From: Candidatus Epilinea brevis | GTDB taxonomy: Bacteria; Chloroflexota; Anaerolineae; Epilineales; Epilineaceae | Assembly: GCA_016710785.1 (NCBI GenBank) | Contig: JADJUE010000013.1 | Location: forward strand, 43,007 to 107,006 | Length of the DNA: 64,000 nt | Direction of reading: 5' to 3' | In this document: in pieces, positions 7,271 through 17,020 of the stretch | Layout of the letters: each line of letters begins with the position of its first letter | Position numbering within the stretch: position 1 is the stretch's first letter | Made by a program: the position numbers and the translations under genes | The notes under the pieces: model-generated | What the model saw: the letters and a program-made list of their open reading frames with translations, nothing else | What the model was told of the DNA's origin: nothing | Databases searched by the model: none

Positions 7271-10200
7271 TCAAGGGCATGCCGTCAGCCGCCCGGCGAT
7301 GCCGCGGTAGATGTCGGCCAGGTCCTCGCCGTCGGGGGCGAAGTAGTAGTCGGCGCGGGTCGAAGCCACCGCGCCCAGCAGCTGGTCCAGCACGTCGTCC
7401 GTCTCGCCCAGGCCGATGCTGAAGATCCGCGAGCCCGCGGCCTTGGCCGCCGAAGCCTGCTTCAGCACCGTGCATTCCTGGTTGGGGCATTCCGGGGCGA
7501 TGGACCCCGGCCCGAAGGGCACACGGTTGGGCAGGCCGTCGGTGAGCAGGATCATGACCGGCTGGTTGTTGCCCAGGCGTGGCCCGCGGGCGAGCGCATC
7601 CTGTCCCTGGGCCAAGGACAAATCGATGCGCGTGCCCTGGGCGATGCGCCCCGGCAGGCGGTCGAGGGCCGCCAGCACGGCGCCGCGGTCGCCCGACAGC
7701 CCGATCTCCGTCCAGGCCGCGTCGTTGAAGCCCACGACAGCCACCCGATCCCGGGCGCCGTAGGCGTTGGGCTCCAGCTTCATCTGGGCCACGAAGGCGC
7801 GGGCCGCGTCCAAGGCCGCCGCGTGCTTGCTGCGCCCCCCGCGGGTCTCGCGGTACATGCTCGTCGACATGTCCAGCACAAGTACGGCATCGGTGAAGAC
7901 GCTCTCCGGCCGGCAGAGCAGCCGCTCGGTAAAGGGCAGGTAGATCGCGTAATGCCCGGGCGTGGGCGTGCGGGTCACGGTGGGGGAGGCCGTGGCCGAG
8001 GCCGTGACGGTGGCCGTGGCGCTCGGGCTGCTCGTGGATGTCGACGACGCTGTCGCCGTGGCCGCGGGCACCGTGGGGGTGGGCGTCAGAGCGAAGCAGA
8101 GCGACTCGATGTCCCCCAGGCCCGCCGCCTTGCCGAAGGTCTGGTTGGCGCCGGCGTAGACCGTCTCGCGGGTGACGTCGTAGCCACTGACGTTGTCGTA
8201 CCAGGCCAGACCGCCGCTGTAGATCTGGATCGGGTCGATCACGGTGGACACCACCTGGTCCAGCCAGGGCAGGGAGGCCAGGGTGCCCCAGGAGGACTCG
8301 GCATGCAGGAGGTTGTCCTGATAGAACTCGGGAACGGTCAAGGGCATGTAGCGCTCGCCGGCCTTCATGGTCAAGACCATGTCGCCGCCGGCGGCGATCA
8401 GCACCCGACTGTCGGCCTGGCGATCGCGCAGCCCCAGCACCAGGTCGCCATCCTCCCGGAACTCGATGTCCACCAACATGGGCTGGTCGATGGTCTGTCC
8501 GTCGTCCACGACGCGCGGCCAGGGGTTCCAGACCGGCTGTCGGCCGTAGTCGAGGTCCACGCGCAACACCTCGGTCATCTCGGAGCCGTCCGGCCGGCTG
8601 CGGTAGACATAGGCCGCCAGTGGGCGCGGCGCGGGGTTGTTGGTGGCCTGGGCATCGCGCGTGCGGCTGTCCACCACGCCGTGGAAGAGCCAGCCCTCCT
8701 TCCAGGCCAGGGCGAAGGGGCGGGCGTCTTCGGCCCAGTCCAGGCCGGCCGCGCCGTGGGGAAAGGCGCCTAGCAGCCGCCCGGAGGGCACGGCGAAGCG
8801 ATACACGTAGCCGTCGCTCAGGTTGACGGCGAAGAGCTGGTCGCCGGCGGTGGTCAGCTCCAGGTCGCCCAGGGCGGTGACCCCCACACTGTTGGCCGCG
8901 GCCTGGTCGAAGCCCTGGTTGAAGCGATGGCTGTCGCGGCCGGCCGGCAGCGCGGCCCAGGGCAGCACCGTGCCCCGCGCCAGGTCCACCTGGTAGATGC
9001 CACCCGGGCCCAAGGGCCCGTAACCCGCCAGGCGCTTGGTGTAGGCGCCCAGGTAGATGCGGTCGCGGGTGAGGTCCATGGCGACGCCGAAGACCGCGCC
9101 CACCTGGTCCTGGAAGGCCAGGTTGTGGTGCAGGGCCAGGTCATCGCCCACCGTGTCGTTGAGGGCCACCACCGCGGCCTGCCCCTTCAGCCAGGCCTGG
9201 CCGTAGGCGTTGCCCGAGCCATCCGTCATGGGCACGAACTGGGTGACCGCCAGGTAGGGGTTGCCGCCCTGGCAGCTGTCCTTGACGTGCTGGTAGGCGT
9301 GGGCGTAGGCGGTGGCGGTGGAGGGCGGCGGCGCCGTCGCCTTGGCCGCCGCCGTGCCGATGGCCACCGCAGTGGGCGCCACCAGGGTGAGTTGGCGGGG
9401 CACCTCGACGGCGGCCGTGGCCAAGGCGCGCAGGCGGCCGGCCTCGATGGTCGGCGCTTCGGCGGTCAGGATGGGTTGCAAGGCGGTGGCGGTCTCCGCC
9501 GCCGCCGTGCGCCGGACCTCCTGGGTGGGGGCGTGGGCCGTGCGTGTGGCCACCACCTGGGTGGCCCGCGCGGCGTCGCGGGCGGCAGCGGTGGCCGTGG
9601 CCGCCTGGGCCGCCTCCACGGTCAGGGTGACCAGCACCTCCGGTTCTACCTGGTTGCCCGGATCGCAGAGCACGGCGACGTCGCCGGCGGCCAGTCGGCT
9701 GGGAGCGGCGGCGCCTTCCAGTATCCGGCCGGAGCGCAGGCGCATGCCCGAGCCGGCGTCGAAGCTGTCCAGGGCCAGGGCGGGGCCGGGGTAACCGGGG
9801 TCCGGCGGGCGCGCCGGGGCGACCAGCCAGCCCAGGCCGGGCAGGGGCGCCACGGCGCCCCAGGCCGTCTCCAGGCCGGCGGCGTCGCTGTCCCGGAACC
9901 ATTGCGGGCTGCGTATGAGCTCCCAACCGCTGCCGCCCTCGCGTTCGCGGGCCGGGAGCAGGTCGCCCAGGCTGGCGCCGCCGGGGCAGCCCGGCTGCCA
10001 GACGCAATCCGGATCCAGGTCTACGCGGCGGTCGCGCAGGCCCACCACGGGGAGGCCCGAGGGAAGAAAGGCGATGTCGGCCACCAGCGGCTGGTCGGGC
10101 GAGCTGTTGGCCGCCTCGGTGGTCCAGGGGCCCCAGGGGGCGCCGCGCTGGTAGCTGCTGTCGGTGCCCAGGCCGAAGCGCAGCACCTGGGCCATCTCGG

Positions 10201-10966
10201 CGCCATCGACGCGCGAGCGGTACACGCGGCCTTCCAGCAGGCCGAGGACGCTGTCGTCCTCGCGGCTGTTCACCAGGCCATGGTACAGCCAGTCGCCTTC
10301 GACCCCCAGGCCGAGCATGCGCGCGTCGCGCGACCAGCGCTCGCGCACCGAACCATGGGCGAAGGCGCCCAACACCTGGCCGCTTGGCAGGCTCAGGCGG
10401 TAGACCTTGCCGTCGAAGAGGTTGGCGACGAAGAGTTGGCTGCCGTCCAGGGCCAGGTCCAGATCGCCCAGACCGGTCTTGCCGGCCCAGTCCGGGTTCT
10501 CCGCCGCGCCCGAGCCGTCGGCGGCGGCGTGCCGGTCCGGGCCGGCCGGCAGCTGGGCGAGCAGCGTCACCTGGCCGTCGGCCAGACCTACGCGATACAC
10601 GGCGCCCGGTCCGCCCGGCCCGAAGCGGCCACCGCTGCGATGCCAGGCGCCGGCATAGACAACGCCGCGCCCGCCGTCGTAGGCCAGGCCGTAGATGTCC
10701 CCCAGCTGGGCGCGTCTGGCCAGGCTGGGGGAGCGCTCGCCCAGGGACTGGCGGGCCAACAGCAGGGCGGGTTCCGTTGCCGGCTGGTCCTCGGGCCGCC
10801 AGCCGCCCTGGACGGCGACGGCCACATAGGGGTCGATGCCCTGACAGGCGGCGTTCAGGGCGGCGGCGTCCGGCAGGGGGGCCGGCTGGGCGCGGGTGGC
10901 TCCGTCCAGCAAGGCCAGGGCGAGGAGGGTCGAGGCGGCCGCAAGGCCCAGATGCCGGCTGCGCAT
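7271..10966 (-). CDS. Large secreted protein with an internal ~400-aa duplication, Thr/Pro/Ala-rich linkers and a C-terminal vWA domain
   Basis: The ATG at 10966 (MRSRHLGLAAASTLLALALLDGATRAQP, a signal peptide) is preferred over the TTG at 11005. The two N-terminal repeats each start CQG(I/G)(D/N)PY and share the motifs LGDL(D/E)L...DG.QLF..NL.DG.VYR. The C-terminal vWA domain has DMSTSM and LLTDG. Confidence 0.6.
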   Translation of the reverse strand: MRSRHLGLAAASTLLALALLDGATRAQPAPLPDAAALNAACQGIDPYVAVAVQGGWRPEDQPATEPALLLARQSLGERSPSLARRAQLGDIYGLAYDGGRGVVYAGAWHRSGGRFGPGGPGAVYRVGLADGQVTLLAQLPAGPDRHAAADGSGAAENPDWAGKTGLGDLDLALDGSQLFVANLFDGKVYRLSLPSGQVLGAFAHGSVRERWSRDARMLGLGVEGDWLYHGLVNSREDDSVLGLLEGRVYRSRVDGAEMAQVLRFGLGTDSSYQRGAPWGPWTTEAANSSPDQPLVADIAFLPSGLPVVGLRDRRVDLDPDCVWQPGCPGGASLGDLLPAREREGGSGWELIRSPQWFRDSDAAGLETAWGAVAPLPGLGWLVAPARPPDPGYPGPALALDSFDAGSGMRLRSGRILEGAAAPSRLAAGDVAVLCDPGNQVEPEVLVTLTVEAAQAATATAAARDAARATQVVATRTAHAPTQEVRRTAAAETATALQPILTAEAPTIEAGRLRALATAAVEVPRQLTLVAPTAVAIGTAAAKATAPPPSTATAYAHAYQHVKDSCQGGNPYLAVTQFVPMTDGSGNAYGQAWLKGQAAVVALNDTVGDDLALHHNLAFQDQVGAVFGVAMDLTRDRIYLGAYTKRLAGYGPLGPGGIYQVDLARGTVLPWAALPAGRDSHRFNQGFDQAAANSVGVTALGDLELTTAGDQLFAVNLSDGYVYRFAVPSGRLLGAFPHGAAGLDWAEDARPFALAWKEGWLFHGVVDSRTRDAQATNNPAPRPLAAYVYRSRPDGSEMTEVLRVDLDYGRQPVWNPWPRVVDDGQTIDQPMLVDIEFREDGDLVLGLRDRQADSRVLIAAGGDMVLTMKAGERYMPLTVPEFYQDNLLHAESSWGTLASLPWLDQVVSTVIDPIQIYSGGLAWYDNVSGYDVTRETVYAGANQTFGKAAGLGDIESLCFALTPTPTVPAATATASSTSTSSPSATATVTASATASPTVTRTPTPGHYAIYLPFTERLLCRPESVFTDAVLVLDMSTSMYRETRGGRSKHAAALDAARAFVAQMKLEPNAYGARDRVAVVGFNDAAWTEIGLSGDRGAVLAALDRLPGRIAQGTRIDLSLAQGQDALARGPRLGNNQPVMILLTDGLPNRVPFGPGSIAPECPNQECTVLKQASAAKAAGSRIFSIGLGETDDVLDQLLGAVASTRADYYFAPDGEDLADIYRGIAGRLTACP

Positions 10967-11001
10967 GCGCTGTCCTTTGTTCGCGGCTCGGCGAACCCGG
11001 T

Positions 11002-11406
11002 TCAAACGGGTTGCGGCCAGGTGGCCAGGATGATGCCCACGGTGATGCAGGCCACGGCCAGGATCATGAAGAACAGGTGCAGCAGTCCGGCGTCCTCATC
11101 CGCCAACCCGGGCAAGGCGACCTGCACCTGCGGTCCGAATCGCAGCTGGTGGAAGCGGCGCATGCCGGCCTTGCCGGCCAGCAAGCCGTAGAGTACAGCC
11201 GAGAGGCCCATGAGCGCCGGTGTGCCGCGGAGGCGGTCCGCCCAGACCAGGGCCAGAAAGGGCAGGGCGATACAGAGGAGGGCGCGGCCGGGCTGCAGGC
11301 GCAGCCGTCGGCCGTCGCGCGCCCGTTGCCAGGCCAGGGCGGCGACGGGCAAGGCCGCCAGACAGGCGATGAGCGTCAGGTAGCCGGCTCCGGCGGGAAT
11401 GGTCAT
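11002..11406 (-). CDS. Small integral membrane protein (hypothetical)
   Basis: The 134-aa product has hydrophobic helices. It overlaps the downstream large gene by 4 nt, suggesting an operon. Confidence 0.4.
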   Translation of the reverse strand: MTIPAGAGYLTLIACLAALPVAALAWQRARDGRRLRLQPGRALLCIALPFLALVWADRLRGTPALMGLSAVLYGLLAGKAGMRRFHQLRFGPQVQVALPGLADEDAGLLHLFFMILAVACITVGIILATWPQPV

Positions 11407-11581
11407 GAGGATGCAGATGATACACGCGGGGCGCCGAATCTACGGCGGGCCATTGAATCCGCGGCGGGTAACCGGGACCGGGCTGGCCAGCGGCGGCAAC
11501 CGGGGTTATCCTCCGGCCTCCAGACAGCCTCCACCACTGGGTGACCGACGTGATTCCGTTTCCTTCCGCTGGAGCCGATGC

Positions 11582-11974
11582 ATGGTCCTCTCTCGCCGCC
11601 AGCTTCGTGGCATCACAGCCCTATACGTCTGCGGCCTCCTGCTGCAGGGTGGGATCACCCTCCTGGCGCGCCTGGTCCCGGCCGTCGATCGTGCCGCGCC
11701 GGCCATCCTCCAGCGCACGCAGATGATCGCGCCCCATTCGCTGCTGCATGTCGCCACCGGGCTCTTGGCGTTGTGGATCCTGGTCAAGGGACCCACGGAC
11801 GGCCCTTGGCGGTTCATGCTGGGCTTCGGGCTCATCTACACCACTCTCGGCGTCTGGGGCGCGGTCACCGACCTGCAGCTGGGTCTGGGCCTGCAGCCCT
11901 TCGACCATCCGATTCATATCGTCCTCGGCGGATTGGCGCTGGCCTCGGCCTGGTTGGGCCGGGGGGCCGCGTGA
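11582..11974 (+). CDS. Small 4-TM membrane protein (DUF4383-like)
   Basis: ATG 11582 gives MVLSRRQLRGITALYVCGLLLQGG...; the product is about 130 aa with 4 predicted helices. Its stop overlaps the next start (GTGA). Confidence 0.45.
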   Translation: MVLSRRQLRGITALYVCGLLLQGGITLLARLVPAVDRAAPAILQRTQMIAPHSLLHVATGLLALWILVKGPTDGPWRFMLGFGLIYTTLGVWGAVTDLQLGLGLQPFDHPIHIVLGGLALASAWLGRGAA

Positions 11975-12861
11975 AGGGTCCGCATGCCGAGCCGCGGGAC
12001 GCCGCGGCCACGCAGCGCCCCCTAGGCACCTGGGAGCGCCGCTTCCTGTGGGTGGTGGCGGCCTTCACCCTGTACATCGCCTTCTGGGGCCTGCTCTTTC
12101 CGGCTGGCTTGGGGGTGGACATCCCGGGCATGGCCAAGGACTTCAACCATGCCCTGCCCTTCAATCTGACCATCCCGCCGCTGCATGCCCGCTTCATCGG
12201 CTCCCTGTACCTGGCGGCCGGCGTGATCCTGCTGCTGGCCCTGCGCCGCGGCCAGACCTGGCGGGAGCAGCGCGTCTGCGTCTGGATGATTTTGGTGTGG
12301 ACGGCCATGCTGGAGCTGATCTCCCTCCGGCACCTGGAGATCTTCGACTGGGGCCGGCAGCCCCTGCGCCCGCTGGCAGCCTGGTGGCTGGCCTATACCT
12401 GGTTCCCGCTGCAGGCGGCCTGGTTGCTGTGGCGGCGCGGCGATCGACCGCTGTCCGTCGCCACCGCAGATGCGTCCGACCGGTCCCTGAGCCGCCTTCT
12501 GACCGGCCTGGGTCTGGCAGTCGTCGCCGTAGCGCTGCTGCTGCTGCTGGCCCCGCAGGCCGGCGCTGCCCTATGGCCCTGGAAGCTGCCGCCGATCCTC
12601 GGTCAGATCTACAGCGCCCCCTTCCTGGCCTTGGGCCTGGGCGCGCTGCTGGCGGCCCGAACGGCGGATCACCGGGAGCGCAGCGGCTTCCTGTGGTCCA
12701 GCTTGGTCTTCGCCCTGGCGGCGCTTTCCGCCAGCGTCCGCCACCGCGACCTCTTCGACTTCAACCGCGTCGCGCCCTGGATCTGGTTCGGCGGCCTGCT
12801 GCTCATCGCGGCCGTCTTGACGGTCCGCGGCGTGGTCCCCCAGCTACGGAGGCTCACGTGA
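11971..12861 (+). CDS. Polytopic membrane protein (hypothetical); paralogue of the next gene
   Basis: The GTG start overlaps the previous stop. Hydrophobic helices include FLWVVAAFTLYIAFWGLLFPAGLG... Its stop overlaps the next GTG start, again as GTGA. Confidence 0.5.
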   Translation: MKGPHAEPRDAAATQRPLGTWERRFLWVVAAFTLYIAFWGLLFPAGLGVDIPGMAKDFNHALPFNLTIPPLHARFIGSLYLAAGVILLLALRRGQTWREQRVCVWMILVWTAMLELISLRHLEIFDWGRQPLRPLAAWWLAYTWFPLQAAWLLWRRGDRPLSVATADASDRSLSRLLTGLGLAVVAVALLLLLAPQAGAALWPWKLPPILGQIYSAPFLALGLGALLAARTADHRERSGFLWSSLVFALAALSASVRHRDLFDFNRVAPWIWFGGLLLIAAVLTVRGVVPQLRRLT

Positions 12862-13694
12862 GCAGCGCCGATCCCCGCAATGCCACGCCCATCCACCCGC
12901 TCCTGCGGGCCTGGATCGGCGCCGAGGTCTTCTTCGCCGCCGTCGCCAGCGGCGCCACCTTCCTGAATCCCGCCCGCGCCGGCCTGACCGACCCCGCGGG
13001 CTTCGCCTGGCCCATCCCCGTGGTGGCCATGGCCGCCACCTTGGGCGTCTTCTACGCCGCCAGCTTCCTGCCCACCGTCTGGGCCTTGACGATGAAGACC
13101 TGGCAGGAGCTGCGGGTGCTGGCCATCCCGCTGGCGGTCTTCGCCACGATGATGACCCTGATGACCTTCCTTCACTGGGACAAGTTCGCCGTTGGCAGCC
13201 GGCCCTTCATCGTCTGGATGCTCAGCTATGTGCTGCCGCCACCCATCTTCGGCTGGGCCTACCTGCGCCACCAGCGGGACGCCGCGCCGGTGGGCACGGG
13301 CATCAGCCATCCCTTCGACGCCCCGACTCGCCGCTACCTGCGTCTCAACGGCGGCATCCTGGTGGCCGGGGCCATCCTGGTCTGGGTGGCACCGGCCCTC
13401 CTGGTAGACCACGCGCCCTTCAAGCTGACGCCGCTCACCGCGCGCTCCCTGGCCAACATGGTCCTGGCCGCGGGGATCACCCAGCTGTGGATGGCCTGGG
13501 AAGGCGATTGGCGGCGCGTGCGGGTGGCCTCTTTGCTGCTGATACTGGTGGCCGTGTTGCTGCCGGTGCAGCTGCTGCGCTTCCCGGAGGGCGTGGCTTG
13601 GGGCAACCCCGCGCTGCTCTTCCTGCTGGCGGATTCCGCGGTCACGGCGGTGCTGCTGCTGCGGCCGCTGCTGCGGGGACGTTCAGGCGGCTGA
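12858..13694 (+). CDS. Polytopic membrane protein (hypothetical); paralogue of the 11971-12861 gene
   Basis: The GTG start is at 12858. The helix pattern matches the previous gene, for example TFLNPARAGLTDPAGFAWPIP versus GLLFPAGLGVDIPGMAKDF. Confidence 0.5.
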   Translation: MSSADPRNATPIHPLLRAWIGAEVFFAAVASGATFLNPARAGLTDPAGFAWPIPVVAMAATLGVFYAASFLPTVWALTMKTWQELRVLAIPLAVFATMMTLMTFLHWDKFAVGSRPFIVWMLSYVLPPPIFGWAYLRHQRDAAPVGTGISHPFDAPTRRYLRLNGGILVAGAILVWVAPALLVDHAPFKLTPLTARSLANMVLAAGITQLWMAWEGDWRRVRVASLLLILVAVLLPVQLLRFPEGVAWGNPALLFLLADSAVTAVLLLRPLLRGRSGG

Positions 13695-13765
13695 ACCCGC
13701 GGTGCGTCCCGCTTCCACTCCAGCGGCCGATCCCGTCCCCGCCGGCAGCTGAACCCGCGTTCGCC

Positions 13766-14383
13766 TCAGCCGGCGACGGGTTCGGGATCCGCGGGCATCC
13801 GCCCTTCGAACACGAAGCTGGCCGTCTCCACCCGCCCGTTGGGCCGCTCGCGCTCCACCAGGTCTTCCGGCAGCACATCCACTGGGTCCGCCCGCCGTCC
13901 GACGGCGATGGCGGCCATGAGTTCATGCGTCGCCGGGTCCAAGCCCAGCTCCACGTAGGCCCGCTCCTGGTCGAAGCCGCCCATGGCGTGGGCGTGCAGG
14001 CCCAGGCGGCGGGCCTGCAGGGCCAGGCTCATCCAGGCCGCGCCGGCGTCGAAGCCGGCGTGGCGGTTGACGCGGCCGTTGCGGGCGATGGTCCGCCGCG
14101 TGGCCAGGAAGAGGAGCAGCGGGGCCTTTGGGGCCCAGTTGCGGTTGCCGCCGGAGAGCAGGTCGGCAAAGCGCGCCCTGTCTTCCGCCGAACGGGCGAA
14201 GAGGAAAACCCAGGGCTGCTCGTTGCTGCTGGAGGGCGCCCAGCGGGCGGCCTCGAAGAGCGCCGCCACCTGCGCGTCGTCCAGGGGCGCGTCATCGAAG
14301 GCCCGCGGGGACCAGCGGTCGGTGAAGGCCGGGTCGATGTCGACGGCGGCCTGGCGGGGGTTGATCGCCGGTACCACGGTCAT
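13766..14383 (-). CDS. Nitroreductase family protein
   Basis: Motifs RWSPRAF, RWAPSSSNEQPWVFL and PLLLFLATRR match the NADH/flavin nitroreductase fold. Confidence 0.75.
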   Translation of the reverse strand: MTVVPAINPRQAAVDIDPAFTDRWSPRAFDDAPLDDAQVAALFEAARWAPSSSNEQPWVFLFARSAEDRARFADLLSGGNRNWAPKAPLLLFLATRRTIARNGRVNRHAGFDAGAAWMSLALQARRLGLHAHAMGGFDQERAYVELGLDPATHELMAAIAVGRRADPVDVLPEDLVERERPNGRVETASFVFEGRMPADPEPVAG

Positions 14384-14438
14384 GCCTGGACTCCTTGGCT
14401 GCTGCGCGGGTTGGTGTCAGGTGCGGTAGCGATGCGGC

Positions 14439-16121
<1,683 letters not shown>

Positions 16122-16324
16122 GGGAGACCTCGGTATGCCGCGCTGCGCGCCTGGCCGATTCCAGACAACGACCTTTGATCGTAGCAGGCGGGCGGGTGGG
16201 GACCGAAATCGGGCGCGTCGCGGGCCCGGTTGACCAACAGCAGAGGCGGGTCTATGCTGCCGAGGCGGCGATCGCAACTCCGCGCCCTACATGCCCGTTC
16301 CCACGACCTCAGGAGGTCTTCACC

Positions 16325-16981
16325 ATGGCGTCCACCATGACGAACACGCGGGGCGACATCATCGTCCCCGATCCACCCCTGGCGCAGTTCTTGTTCGGCA
16401 ACACCCGCATGGCCTGGTTCTGGTTGATCGCGCGCGTCTACCTGGGTTACGACTGGGCCCTGGCCGGCTGGCACAAGGTGGCGGACGGCGGGGCGGGATG
16501 GTTGGACGGCGGTTCGGCGCTGCAGGGTTTCTGGACGAACGCGGTCAAGATCCCCGAGACCGGCCGCCCGCCGATCGCCTACGACTGGTACCGCAGCTTC
16601 ATCCAGATGCTGTTGGATGCCGATGCCTACACCTGGTTCGCGCCATTGGTGGCCTACGGTGAGCTGCTCATCGGCATCGCCTTGATCCTCGGCGCCTTCG
16701 TGGGCATCGCGGCCTTCGTCGGCGCCTTCATGAACTGGAACTTCGTGATGGCCGGCGCAGCCAGCACCAACGGGATGCTCTTCGCCATCGCCGTGCTGCT
16801 CATGCTGGCCTGGAAGGTGGCCGGTTGGTACGGCGCGGACCGCTACCTGCTGCCCAAGGTAGGCACGCCCTGGGGCAACGCGGGCGACGGCGGGTCGGCG
16901 AAGGCGGCGGGGGTCAAGCAGGCGGTGAGGCCGGCTGCGCCAAAGGCGTCGAAGCCCCCGCGGGCCTCTCGCCGAACCTAG
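16325..16981 (+). CDS. DoxX family membrane protein
   Basis: GGAGG at 16310-16314 precedes the start. MASTMTNTRGD... is followed by helices WFWLIARVYLGYDWALAGWHKV and GELLIGIALILGAF, typical of DoxX/DoxD-like proteins. Confidence 0.6.
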   Translation: MASTMTNTRGDIIVPDPPLAQFLFGNTRMAWFWLIARVYLGYDWALAGWHKVADGGAGWLDGGSALQGFWTNAVKIPETGRPPIAYDWYRSFIQMLLDADAYTWFAPLVAYGELLIGIALILGAFVGIAAFVGAFMNWNFVMAGAASTNGMLFAIAVLLMLAWKVAGWYGADRYLLPKVGTPWGNAGDGGSAKAAGVKQAVRPAAPKASKPPRASRRT

Positions 16982-17020
16982 GCTGCATCGGCGATTTCAT
17001 CACCGGCTGGAGCAGGCCGC

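Noticed and set aside
6608-11191. Long plus-strand ORFs (6608-8773, 8927-11191) opposite the CAP-like and large vWA genes.
   Set aside because: They have antisense composition (Arg/Gly/Ala/Val runs), no motifs and no RBS. The minus-strand genes have signal peptides, domain motifs and an internal duplication.
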